DNA of 64,000 bases from Sphagnum compactum. Lineage: Eukaryota. The stretch spans positions 5,084,001 through 5,148,000 of the forward strand of contig OZ234494.1 in NCBI GenBank assembly GCA_965153455.1, written 5' to 3'. Position numbers and translations under genes: made by a program. This document shows positions 13,816 through 27,061 of this stretch, piece after piece. How positions within the stretch are numbered: the stretch's first letter is position 1; every line of letters starts with the position of its first letter. The notes under the pieces are model-generated. The model was given only the letters and a program-made list of their open reading frames with translations, had not been told where the DNA came from and did not search any database.

Positions 13816-16800
13816 CCTTGCCCCAAGTTTCAGCCCCCTCCTCTTCCGTCCGGCCCCAACCCAGCAGAGCAGCAAGAGCAGCCACACTCTCTCTGTTGCT
13901 CAAAGCGCATGAGAATCGTGATTGATTGCTCCCCACCACGTCCACACGAGAAGGCCGCCACTTTCCGAAAAGAAAAGAACTCGCTGGGTTCAATCAACAC
14001 CCAATTTCTCAGTTGCACGTAAGAGCACTCCAGAGAATCAGATCCAACATGACCTAACCACTTTTAGGGAAGTAGGAGCTCCACGCACAGGAAAGGAAAG
14101 GCGATTCTCCAACAAACACTGCAACAACGTACTACACGAAGCCGAAGAACCCATAACCGGCGGAAGGGACGACCATTATGGTTGGAGAGTAAAGCCATCG
14201 TGGATGATTCATCCACGAGATGGTTATTAGTTAGTTCCTGAAGGATGGCATCAGAATTTTTTTTGACAATTTTTTTTCATTTTTTTTGGGCCATCATGCC
14301 CGTCAGGTATCACAAGGAAAAGACAAATTCGGCATTGAGCTTCACACTCAGTAAAGTCCTTTGGCCCCACGTGAGGTGGAGCCAAGGCCAAATACCCTTC
14401 TTATTCTGGTAAAGCCCACAGCCTCCTCAGGCTTATCCCAACACTTGACACCACCAACAAGGAGGGAGCCAATAGTGTGTGTGTCACCGTGCTGATAGTG
14501 AAGCTAGGTCGCCCATAGGGATTATGAATTCTATATGTAAGTTGGAGCCTTGTTATCCCCCCCCTTCCAAAATCAGGTTCCCAAAATGTTCCACAAGTTC
14601 CCAATGTGTTCTCAATAGCACCTCATTTTTTATCCCATATTGTTTTGCCGTGGTAACTCTTGGTCCAACATGTTTCCACCACCACATGAACACGGTCGTG
14701 TACAAAGAAACCTCAGAAATTTCTTTTGTTTCAACACCAAGCATCAAATTTGAGATAAATAAGGAAGGCCACACATACGTGCATGCACACAAGTAAGTGT
14801 TATTTAATTAATTCAAGCCCACCCAAGAGACAAGGTCTTTGCACACTCAGCGGTGGAGGCCAGGCCAGGCCACTTGGTCTGTAATAAAATGTGTTGGTGG
14901 CCGACCATTGTGTGAGCTGGGCCCAATGCGAAACGTTCCTTCTCCGCCCATCATTCAGGAATTTTCATTCGGTTTGATTCTCATAACCAAGCAAAAACAT
15001 GAATCGACACACGGAACTACAGCCCATTGCCCCCCAGCACCGCTCCCAATATCTGGAACCCTTTAAATAAAAATCATCTTTGTGCAAATGGATCAGAACA
15101 TGATCATTTATTAATTATTTTTAATCAATGCAGGTATGAAGTTCATGTGTTATTAAATTGGATATGTGTGAAATTAAAATTAGGCATGGAACTTGGAAGT
15201 TGTTGACATAAAAGGTACAATTATTTGAGTCAATTCAAGAAGAAACAAACCCCTTTATAATCATGTTGTTGGTGACCCTCCCTTTTTTTGTTTGGTGACA
15301 CTAATGAATTGTGATTCAAATGTGTATAGTCACATTTCATACAAACTCTTACGAGATTGTGACTATATCCAAAAAAATTTGTTACAAAATAGTTTTTAGA
15401 ATAAAAGTGTAAATTGTTTAAATTTCCTTCGTGGCTTATTCTAAGCTCTACTATGCATTATTAGACTTAAAGAAGGTTGTTATTTTTGTATGTTTATTAA
15501 TGTGACAATTTACATTGAGTTTGAGTTTTTTATATATCTTGTCAATTAGTTTTTTTTAATTAAATTTTTTTTGATTTCTTAACAAATCTCACATATCTTT
15601 TACTTGTCTACAATTGAAAGTTGTTATTTACAATTTACAAAACCTTAGTATTTGCCCTAGATTTCTCTCATTATAGTCACATTTACTAGACAAGCTTTAC
15701 AAATCTTTTGTGCTACTAATAAGTGTGATAGTTACTAAAAAGAATGGTTACCAAAAATGTGTGATAGAAACAAGAATGGGATAAAATGGGTGTGATTATA
15801 ATAGGGGTTTATTGTACATTCACTCGTAAAAAAAAATAGTTGTGCAAATTGAACACATTTGTTGGATTTTCAACCAAAGATTATTAACATTAATAAGTTA
15901 TTATTGCTAGTCAACTAGTTGGTACTTTTCATGATGTTTAAATCTTGTCTTAAAGGTCAGTGGTAATAATGATTAGTCCTCAAATCATATTAGTGACTAT
16001 CTACATACCTTGCACAAAGAAATTGCTACTTAAATTAATTAATTAATTATATATATATATATTAAACACATGATTTTTGAATTGCATACATCATTTGAAA
16101 ACCTCTTTCCTTTTTATTTTATTTTTGAAAATGGATTAAACACAAACATTGACATATCATTGAGGACCCAAATTCCAACTTATTGAATTTCAAACTTTAT
16201 GGACAATTGAAAACAAGAAAAGGATTTGTTGGAAATTAGTGGCAATCATGTTTGATTTATAATTTTTATCTACTTCAATAAATAAAAACTTGCCTTCGAA
16301 AAGATGAAATAGTTGATCGATAATGGTAGATTGTAATTGTTTCAAATCTTAATGCTTGGAGTTTTTAATGTTTACTTCCAAGAACTTTAGCTCCCTACAA
16401 CACACATGAGTTTTTTCTTTAAAAACAAAGACAAAAAAACACACACACAAAATGTGTCTTCTTCAAATTGACTCCCTCTAACAAACATTTTGGCTCATTG
16501 TTTTTGGCTCACCATAGCAAAGGATGAGGAAATTCTATTGAGGAGTTAAACCTTGTAGCCCAAAGATGCCCAAATTGTCTTTTAACCACTATATGAGTAG
16601 CTTTTGCATCCTTGCAATACACAAACATACACCAACTTCACTTGGAAAAAGATAATTTGATGCATTGTTGCATTGGCTTCTATTTCAAACCTTTACCACT
16701 TGCTACTACTTTTTTTCCAAATGTGAAAGTTTACAATTTCACTTGACACATTTTTACTTTGGTTTTTGCTTTCAACTTCCATCACTCATTGCTACTTTTT

Positions 16801-16889
16801 CTCCCAATGCAAGAGCTCTAAGCTTATTCACAACTTGGCACCAAATTGTTTCAATGAGACTGGGTGCAAAATCTTGTTTTAATCACCAT

Positions 16890-19800
16890 TGTCTAGTAAT
16901 ACATTTCTAATTTTGAATTTCCTTATACGAACTTGAACAACTGGTATGGCTTCATCAAAATCTTCTACTTTAGTTGTTGTGACTTTATAGACATCAACAA
17001 TTTGAGCTTCTCCCATCTTCAACAATGATTTTGTCATCATCTCTCTTAACTAAGAATAAATTTCTAATAATTTTCCTAATTTCACTTCTATCTTTGAATT
17101 CATCATGAATTATTGTAATTCACTACTTCATTTTTCCATTTGTTCAACATTCATCTTCTGTGGCAACAAATTTCGCTTTGCCATTAGATTGCTTTTCTGA
17201 CAAGTTAATTATTCCTTGTTTAAGGTCATACCCATTTCATCCACTTCACTAGCAATTGGCTTGTCAATACTCCCTGTCAACTTGCCATTAACACCTAGCA
17301 ACTCACTCTTCCTCTTCAACAAATTCAATTCTTTTAATGACACATCTCTTTGCGTCAACATGTAAGCTCCTTTCAACTTGACATGTACGTCACTTCCTTT
17401 GGCTACTTTAGTTGACCTTCTACCATCCTTCATCAAATCGATTTGACGTGTTGAATGCAACAATCCCTTTCTGTTCAACCTTGTTGGTTGAGTAATTAAC
17501 TTGGCCAGTTTCAAATCAAAGGGAACATCCATACACATTTCCAGTGGTCTATGTTTCACTTCTTGTATTCTTCGTAATTCATTAACTACATCCTTATGAA
17601 TCAATTTCTCCTTTTCCCATTTGATTTAACGTCTTTTAATGGGGCTAATTTTTTTCTCTAGAAGTTTTTCAATAGGCAGATCAGCCTCTAGCATCCTTGC
17701 ATTTTGTCCTCTTGTGGTCACACACACATCCACTACTGGCTAGTCCTTTTTGACCATAATCACATTCACTCCAACTTTCAATTTGGAGTTCTTTTCCTCT
17801 TCTTCAATAATTTTCTTTCATACAGACAATCGTTTTTTACATGACCTTATGATAGTAATAACATTTGACACTATTTTGTCGAAATCTAGGATTTTGATTA
17901 TATCCTTGTTAGCTATATTGGTTATTCCAATTTGACTAATTATTATTTTGTCAATTATGGCCATTGGGTCTTGCATTATATTGTTGATTGTTATATTGAT
18001 TTTGATGATTTGGTACACTATAATTTGACAACCATTTTTGTACTTGTATAATTGGTATCTTTGCTTGTACTACATGCACTGGTATAATTTCTCTTGAGGG
18101 GCAACTCCCACTCACTGCTTTACTAATACACTGATCTATATTATGATCACTAGCCTTGCAGATTCGATATAATTTCATTAATAGTCTGCATTCCTTTGTG
18201 AAATGACCTTCATTAAAACAATTTTAACAATTCACACCTTCCTTTATTGTGTCAATATTCATTTTCTTAAATTTCTTTTTAGTTTTCTTTTTGTAATGCT
18301 CATCTTCATCATCATTATCTTTGTCACAACCCCACTTTGTCCAAGTGTGGGGGTGAAGCCCAACACTTGGAAAAGTTGGAGGTTTGGAGTCCTCCGGGAC
18401 TCCCGAATGTTTAGAGTTCGACAGCAAGGCCCAAAACACCTCGCATTGGGGTGTTCTTGGTGTCATTGGAAAGGTCTTGAAACTTAAATATCGAAAATGG
18501 CATCGCATTGATCATTTGGGCTTCTGCAGCCCAAGTTATGGGCAAAAGAAGGGCCGGGAGTCAAACTGACAGTTTGACTCCCGACCACTAAAAGTCGGGA
18601 ATCGACCTCTTCCCGACATCTGATTTGAAAGTGCGACATGGCGTTGGAAAGATCTCGACGAGGGCTACAACTTTGGTTCAGACCTCGTTGCGATCGGACT
18701 CTGTAGTCGGGAGTTATGGCTGTTCAAAGTTCCGGGAGTCTAGCCGGGACAATTTCGGGACTCCATTTCAAGAGTCCCAACAAAATGTGCCATTTGGATG
18801 TAGCCTCCACGGTGAGCTGCAAAGATAATTATATGGGGGAAGGTGGTGGCTTCCCCCGAGTCCGGACCGTGGTGAGTCTCGTGCGTCCAAGTGCCCGTGG
18901 CTTGTCCCAACACCAACGGGTGTTCCGAATGCTAAACTAACCTCGTGTGGTTGGTTTTTGGATGCAGATTCAAGCTTGATAATCTAGTCCCTCTTCCTAG
19001 TCTAATCCCTGGGCTCCCAACTCGACCCTTTACCCCTTTCTAGAGTTGGAAGTCGGGAGCGTGCCCTTTGGTCCCAACTTTCCGCAACCTCACATTGGTG
19101 AACCCTCAAGTGGGTTCACCCCGGGACCAAGGAGCGCGTCAATCTTCATATTCGTCACTGTTAGAATTATTTGGACAATATCTTGCCATATTCTTTTGTT
19201 TCATAGGTAGTTCTTCTTCTCCCAAAATTGAAGATTCAACCATTTATGTTAATGTTCTTCTTAGCATACTGATGATAACCATCTTCATTTTATTTTGTAG
19301 GCTTTTTTTAAAGGCTTTTCTCAAGTAAATATTGTTCGATTATTGAAGAATTATCGCACAAAGTTGGAGCAACAGATCATAATAATCCTCCATCGACTCA
19401 TATTTATTTTGTTTTGCATATCATAAAATAACAATTGCTTGCCCTTCACTTCTTATTTCACTAAATCGAGTTGTAAAGGCACGTTTGAACCTCTACCCAT
19501 GTCGTTGTTGGATGAGCAGTTTCATATTTTCCAAACCGGTCGACAATTCTTCCCTTCAAGGAATTTGGAAAATATTGTAATTTGTGCTGGTCTATATCTT
19601 TTTCATTAGTTACACATACCTTCGTCAACTGTCAAATGTGTAAAACCAAATCTCCATTATCATGATATTTAGGTAATTGTATTCACAACGCATTTGTAGG
19701 GGGTACCGCCATGATGGGTGGAACGTTCATTATTGATGCCGCAATAATGGTGGTAATTTTAGAGAAACATCAATCTTGATGCGTTCAGGGTTCTAAAGAA

Positions 19801-21400
19801 ATAGTTTGAATAATTCTCTTCTAGAAACTTTGTTAACAATGATACTATTGATGGCTTCTTCTGTTGCATCCTCTTTCAATTATTTTTTTAATATACACAG
19901 CCATCCCTTTTCTATGATCCAATCGAACATTTCAAAAACATTAATTGTAGCCTATGGGGTTCTCAGCGATGCATTAACATTTCCTTCATCATCTTCTTCT
20001 TACGCTTCGTTTGGTGTTCCAGTTTCGGCAGATTGTTGAATGTTTTCACTAGGTGAACCATTTGTTTTTTTAGTCGTTGTCTGCATAATCGTCATTTTTA
20101 TTTATTTTTCAATATAATCAAGTACCTGATAACTAGTAGAAGGACTAAAAATAATTATCAACCCCTTCCATTTATAAAATTTCTTTGCCTGAACAATTAT
20201 TTCTTTGATTTCTTTGTTTGAACAACTATTTTTTTTGTTTCTTCATGATTCTGCCTTCTCCATTCTCTTAGTCTATTTTGTTTTTCTCCTTTTCTACTTT
20301 TATCCGTCATAGGTTCATAAATTATTTTGTTTTTTGATTACTAACATGTTCTCTTTCTTTTTTTTCAATTTTTCTTATATGGATCTGGAATCATCATTGT
20401 GGACCAAAATTCTTTTGACTCAATTTCTTCTAAACAATAGTCCTCATTTCTTCTTAATCTCATTGTATACTCAAACCCTAAAAATTTAGGTGTCCATAAC
20501 AAATCACATGGTATCCATTTATCTACCAAAACATTAATATTTGGTTTTGTAAATTCTCTTGTGTCATGAAATTTAATAATGTGATAGGTTGCAATAACTT
20601 TTTAAATTGGAATTAACGTCAGTAAACACATTTTTACTAGTAGCCATCTCCGATATTTGTTAATTATGTGGTATCAATTATCAATGTTTGTAGTTATATA
20701 CACCACACTTTCGTTTCCCCATGTAGTTTCTTGATTATCAATTTTTGGACATCTCAGGTAGTGTTTTAAAATTTTCAACAAATGTTCCCCATTTATCAAG
20801 TTATGGATTTCTTCTTGGTGTATACGAGTAATATAGAAAATTCCAACCATATCTAATGTGAATTCATAATCTTTCTTTCCCTTCATCAATTGTTATAGTT
20901 TCTTTGAACTATTCATAGTTCCCTCTTTTAACAGCCATCACACTCTACCATCTCTCATGCCATCCTTGATATACATTGTTGTAGTAATCAAAGAAAATAA
21001 TGGACTTAGCCATATCTTGTTCATAGTAGGTGAACAAATTAGGAAAAGTTATGACATGCTCAAAACCCATAATAATCATTTTATTTAATCTATTTTCTTC
21101 TTTTCCCACTTTATATACTTCTAACAATTTTGTAAATCCACAAGGTAAAATTATATAGAATACATGGATTAGACAAAATCCCAAATCTAACTCGTCTACT
21201 TCAACTTTTCCTTCTTCATCTTCCATTAATTTGATTGCACAAGGAAGGATTACATAACCTTTTTCTTCAATTTCTCCAACAACAATTTGATTTAAATCCC
21301 TAACATAGTTGCCAAATGTTATTGATACATTTTGTACCACTCTAGATTCTTATCCTACTCTATTAATATAAATACCATGTAAAAAATATTAATTATGACA
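16890..21400 (-). mobile_element. Old, truncated Ty3/gypsy-like LTR retrotransposon relic (upstream ORF remnant, gag, start of protease)
   Basis: Minus-strand remnants: LPKYHDNGD...QLTKVCVTN...LQYFPNSLKG (gag, about 19350-19700), two knuckles CQNCFNEGHFTKEC and RICKASDHNIDQC (about 18120-18240), and VVQVRIRKFKIRNVLLDNG (protease start, about 16890-16950). It has many stops, and no LTR pair was found. Confidence 0.65.
18322..19141. mobile_element. Solo LTR (820 bp) inserted in the gypsy relic
   Basis: GC-rich block starting TGTCAC and ending GCGTCA, flanked by a perfect 5-bp TSD ATCTT (18317-18321 and 19142-19146). Confidence 0.85.
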
Positions 21401-24400
21401 TTTGAATTATTGTTGAAAAATTCCTTATTAATGTTGAAGAACTACATTTACCAATATGCCATTATTGAATTGAAATTATCAACAACAATTGGAAAAATAT
21501 TCAAGCTTCAATAAATCATAAAACACACATGCCAAGCTTCTCTCACAGAGTAGTCTTTTCATTCGAAAACACCACTATCATTGTTCAAAATAATCTTCCT
21601 TCAAAGTTTCATGTGGTTGCCTACTTCTATATTGACATGCCCTTTGGCAGTTCCAAGAAGTAGTTGTAACTACTTTTGTGTCATATCGTTATGTAGTTAT
21701 GATAGTTTGTCTATCATATCGACACAATAAGCTTAACTTGTGTCAACCTACTACGTTTTGACACGAAGGGACTTGCAAGGACTCTATATAGTATTCTTAT
21801 TCTACTGCCATGCCTAAGTATCTCCCTTACAATATGCATATAGGGCATGTCAATACATCACTATTACATTAAATATACCACAATACAAATATAGTATCAT
21901 TCCTTGAATGTTATTGATTATTGAAAACCAAAATGAAAAGGTAATGAAATTATTCATGATCTATAACTTAACAATGTTTGAATTGAAGCAAGATTATCAT
22001 TTAACAACCTCACAAAATCCCTTGAAACATTAAAGCTCTATGAAAACCCTAGTCATTAAGAAATTAGAGACAATTGAGATATTTTTATTAGATAACAACA
22101 TGATAGGATTAAAATATTTCCAATGCAAAAGGACACAAAAAATAATGTTCAAGCCTAAAATCAATGAAAAACATTTAATTATTTTAATTTCAAACCCAAG
22201 AAACAAACAATGGTACAAATCAATATGAATCCATGTCTAAAGGCAAATTCATCTAATTTTGAAGGTCTTTCTTTCCAAACATTTGTAGATAGTTAAAGAA
22301 TAGCATAATAATGAAGGGGAAAAACAACAACCTTCCTCCAAATAATCTCTCTAAATAATGAAAGACATTAAACACCCCCCATCAAATTTTGCCTATTTTT
22401 GAAGCAATGTGGTTTTACATTATTTTGTTCATTTTGCACCCCGTTTTAAAGTTTAAAACATGCTTGAGAAAGTTTTTAATGATGTTTAAATGTTCTATCA
22501 TCATCACCCTCACAATGATTTGAACCAAGAATTAAAAAAAAAATCAATGAAAATACCCACCACTAGGCTACTTTCCAACTTTGAGTAGAACATGAAACGA
22601 AAACTAGTTCATTTCACTATTGTTCAGGTTTAGGGTTTAGTCAACTTTTATGCATGTTCACTATTGTTCAGGTGGCCTACATTCGTATACTGAAAGCACT
22701 TGAATTTTCTTGTGGATTATGGAAATAGGCAACAAGTGAGAGGACATTAGTTACCAGACATAACCAGTTCAGAGGTTTGAAAGTGATCCCATAACCCTCA
22801 TGTGAGTGGATGAAAAGTTTAATAATCTTCTTGTAGACGGACCAAAAAAACATATAACCCTCTTCTCCGTGTACAAAATCCCATAATCATTCTCTGTCCA
22901 GATAATTATGTATGCAAGACAAAAAAGAAGAGGGAGAGTTTATGTATGCATCATGAGAGATGAGGGAAGGGCCAATCAGAAGCTTGAAAAGCTCTGAACA
23001 GAAGGTTATGGTAACCTGAGTTACCATCATAAATACCCTTGCATTTGGAGGGGCTGTATTTTCACCCAAGAAAAAACCCTAAAGTCTGTCTCTCCCCTGG
23101 CTCTGGTTTGTTCTGGTTCTGTTTAAAAAAAATAAATGCAATGGTCTTGTGCCAGTGGTTCCCAAAAAAAAAAAACAAGAAAACTCTAAAGACATTTTAT
23201 GTGCTTTTGGCACAAACAAAAAAGAAAATATTTATTTGGAACACTAAAATATTGCATACTAGAATTGTCATTGCCCGATAGAGCTATCACACGGACCACT
23301 AGCATCTCTAGCATTTCACTCATTTGTTGGCCTTGCCTACCAAATGTAAGAATATTGTGTTTAGATTCATTATAGAGTATAGTAGCCTAATGGATTTTGG
23401 CCCCTAGATAATAATAGGTCTATTTACATATGAGGATTTTTGAAAGATGATATTTTGGCTTGTGTTGAAACTTGAGATTAGTTAGCGAGTTATGATATCT
23501 TGAAGGATTTTGGTTTCTTTCAGAGGATTTCCATAATTCTTCATTTGCCTTGAGATACGTTTTGGCAAGGCCACGTGTGACACACCCTTTGTTTTGTTTT
23601 GTTTTGGGTTTTTTTTGGACTGGGCAGCCTACTCATTGAGCTGAGAACAGTATTTTAAACACATTGCACACACACAAAATATGGACACATTTTGTGCTCG
23701 CTTCAAACTAGGAGCTTTCTACTACTAGCCACTAAAATTTGTTCAGAGTTGAAAACTTAAATTTCTTTTTGTTCATATGTGGCCCTTCTTCTGGAGATGT
23801 ACACCATGGTGGACCCTCTAGATGATACATTTCTCGACTTTATTTAATAATGGACAAACCGCATTCATTCCTTCCTATGGGTTTGCAAAAGGGAACCACC
23901 TTGCATAGCAATCTTTCTAGTAGAGGAGTTTGTAGTTGCATTTTAGTAATAAAGGGTGGGTGTCACATGTGGGGGGAACCACATGAAATTGGACAAGAAG
24001 CATATACCTTGGGAAACTAAGTGAACAACCCCTATTATTAATTATCAAGGAGCATGTGACAATCGACCCCCAAAGACCACCAAAATAATCCCTATATGGT
24101 AGTTTTTCTCTCCAAAAATTGGAATGTTTGTTCCTCTTTCTTTTCACACGAAACCCCAATCACGAGGAATGAAAAAACCAGCCAGGGTGAACAAGCCACC
24201 CGCAGTTGGTACCCCAACCTTTTTTAGTGAGGCCTCGTAGTGGCCATATTAAGCTCACAAAATGTTAGATTTGAACCCACAAACCATAGTTTAGTCAACG
24301 CATGGGATATTTGTAATATTTAGAAATAATTGAAGTGGAATTTGGGATTTTTTACCATGGTACAAACGTGGTTGCAGGTTCGCCCACGGCAGAAAACCCC

Positions 24401-24819
24401 TATTTAAAGTTTTAAAAAACCAAAAGAAATGTTTTGAATAGATTGAAGCACTGGATGATGTCAATGCCAATGAAATGCATGAACAAAGACTGGTACGTTG
24501 TACCATGGTTTTTAAAAAAGAAAGCCTAAATTTGTTTTTGTTGCTTTCTCAACTTTAGAAACCCCCCCCCCCCCCAATCCTTAGAAATAAATCAGGATTC
24601 TCAGAGTCCAAATTCAATATTTCCTGAGTTAAACATAGCCAATATGTACCCCCAAGTTATAATGGGGGTATTAGCCTAGGCCAAAAATGGTGATTAACAG
24701 TTTTGGAAATAGAAATCTCATGCAGCCAATGTGAAGGCTCAGCATGCACTCAAAAGTGCATTAGTTTTTTTCTTTTTAGTCTTGGGGGGTGGGGGGGGGA
24801 GAGGAGGAGGGACTAAAAT

Positions 24820-25150
24820 AAAATTCCATTGTTCCCAACATGTTCCTTTCAAGTTCCCAATGGGTTCCCATCAGGTTCTCTAAGTGTTCCTAAGGTTCCC
24901 AATGTTCTTCCCAAGGGTGTTCCCAATAGCACCTCGCTTTAATCCCATATGTTTTGCCCAAAGTCCTCCCCTTCTCACCTCTATATAGGTGGGCCAAAGG
25001 CGGAGGCACTCAATCTTTCTTTGGAGAGCCTTCATGCGTCCAACTTTTCTTTTGCGATGGGCCAATCAAATTGGCTCATTGCAAAAAAACAAAAAGTTGA
25101 ACTTGTGAGGCACCCCAAACTATTTTATATGAAACAGAATAAGTACACCC
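24820..25150 (+). repeat. Dispersed repeat, family B (GTTCCCA-rich); related copies at about 14575-14670 and 42990-43330
   Basis: TGTTCCCAATAGCACCTC.CTTT.ATCCCATATGTTTTGCC is shared with 14600-14650. Confidence 0.5.
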
Positions 25151-26103
25151 AGTTTATAATAGGTAGGCCTAACTCAAGAAGGTGAAATTATTGTTGACGT
25201 TGGAATTTGGGGGCCTGTAGCCGCTTGGCTAATTTATCTACGAATGCCAAAGTGAAAATAAATAAATAAATTTAAGCTTGGCTAATTTTAGTTCTCCCAC
25301 GACTTTTGATTTGGCCAGACTAGCTAGCGCCTGACTTAACTTGGCCCGACTAATTGGGCCGTCCTTTGTGCCGTTCTCTGCGCCGTGTTCCCCGGTCGAT
25401 AAAGTTCCCTGACACCAAAAAATTCGGATAATTCTTTTCTACAAATCGGAGACACACACGTTCTAAAGACGTCACAGATGTCCCTTGTTCATCACTTTCC
25501 TTTCGTTCATGAACACGACAATTGGTAGCGTTAATTATGACCCACCCCCCCAACCCCCCGCGTCATTTGCAGAATAAAAAAGTGAAAGCGCTGTTGAGAT
25601 TCCATTTTAGATATGATTCCCCTGACTTCAGAGACGCACGATCCACGGTTCACATCCCGAGACTGATTTCATCGGACGGTTGAGGATTGAAACCCCTCCC
25701 TCTTATTCCATTCTCTGATGCGTGCAAACTAGATACCCTAAAGTTGTTCCACACTTGTTGGCATCAACGAACGGTTGAGATGTTGTGGCGGAACTTCTCA
25801 CGGCTGAAATGTCACACCGGCCTGCCTGCAGGGTTTCGCTTCTTTTGACGGCCCGGATTCGCAAAATGATGTCAGCAATCGACGGCTTCGATTCCCATTT
25901 GGGTTCTTCCTGCCGTGCTCTGATCTGATTGGGCGAAAGCTGCCGGTATCCATTTTTTCTTCTTATCCCAAGTACACTGCGGACCGGCGGAGCGGGTCTC
26001 GTGACCTCACCACCTTCGTGGCGTGGCTAATTATAGGGCCCCACTTTTGTGGCTTTTTAAGCTGTTGGATTTGAAGTGTAGGGTAAAAAGTAAAAAGCCC
26101 CAG

Positions 26104-26200
26104 GCCCTCTTGGCAGCGGGCTTTTTACCGGGGTAAGGGCCTACCCAAGGTGGAGCCCAGAGCAGGTTCAAATCCGGTAAAAGCCCGTTGCCAAGAGGGC
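26104..26200. repeat. Short GC-rich inverted repeat (27-28 bp arms), mini-MITE-like
   Basis: GCCCTCTTGGCAGCGGGCTTTTTACCGG (26104-26131) pairs with CCGGTAAAAGCCCGTTGCCAAGAGGGC (26174-26200). Confidence 0.8.
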
Positions 26201-26981
26201 TTCAGCCAGCATAAAGGCCTGCTCGAAATTTTTGTTTTTATTTTTCCCTATGATACTCAATGGGTGGGTTATGATACTCGATGAGTACCCACCAGGTTTC
26301 ATGGGAAAAAATGTGGGGGGGGGAAGCAAGCCTAATGCCCGCCCACCCACAAGAGTGTGGGCATTTCGGAAAACATAGTGCCAATGTCTTATTAGGTAGT
26401 TGTTTTATGGGATGTTTTTGAGTCTTGACATGCAAACGAAAACTTTGTCATGCTAGAGATATTTGTGGGTGTGCATAATATTATTATAACACTTTGCACC
26501 TCAAGATATTTGACTAGTTAGGTTGGCACACCATAAGTCAGATTAATGTAAAAATCTTGGGAAGGGGTAACAAATGTGTAACAACTTTTAGGATCCTATG
26601 CCTATGCGGAGACTAAATACAGTGTGCATTCTTGTTCCTACTTTCAACATTTGCACCATCAAATTTCTTTTCATTAAACTAATGCTAAACAAAGATATGG
26701 TCAAATTAAAAATGATATGGAAAGCCTTTTAAATTGTAGGTAAATTGTGAAGGTGGGAGTTTGATTTCTCATTTACAAACCCAAGTGTGATGACAATTGT
26801 GAAAACACATTGACAAAAATCTTGTTCATGTAATGTTTTGAGAAAATGATTTCCATTGGTTTCAAGTTTCAATTAGTGTTGGGCAATTATCACAAAAGCC
26901 TCTAATCGTTCCTCTGGTTTCACTATGAAAATTTATGTGTATGAAATTGTATAATACCCAAGTTAATAATTGATCCAAAGT

Positions 26982-27061
26982 TAATGCATATCTTTGCCTA
27001 GTTCTTACTTGGTTGAAAACTTGTTTTCAACCAAGTAAGAACTAGGCAAAGATATGCATTA
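26982..27061. repeat. Perfect inverted repeat, 39-bp arms, 2-nt loop
   Basis: TAATGCATATCTTTGCCTAGTTCTTACTTGGTTGAAAAC-TT-GTTTTCAACCAAGTAAGAACTAGGCAAAGATATGCATTA. Confidence 0.97.

Noticed and set aside
25866-25930. C/D-box snoRNA candidate (ATGATGT...CTGA)
   Set aside because: The C box is imperfect, and there is no terminal stem or recognizable rRNA guide.
26117-26190. tRNA gene (GGTTCAAATCC T-loop-like motif)
   Set aside because: There is no convincing D-arm or anticodon arm, and the pairing is better explained by a simple inverted repeat.
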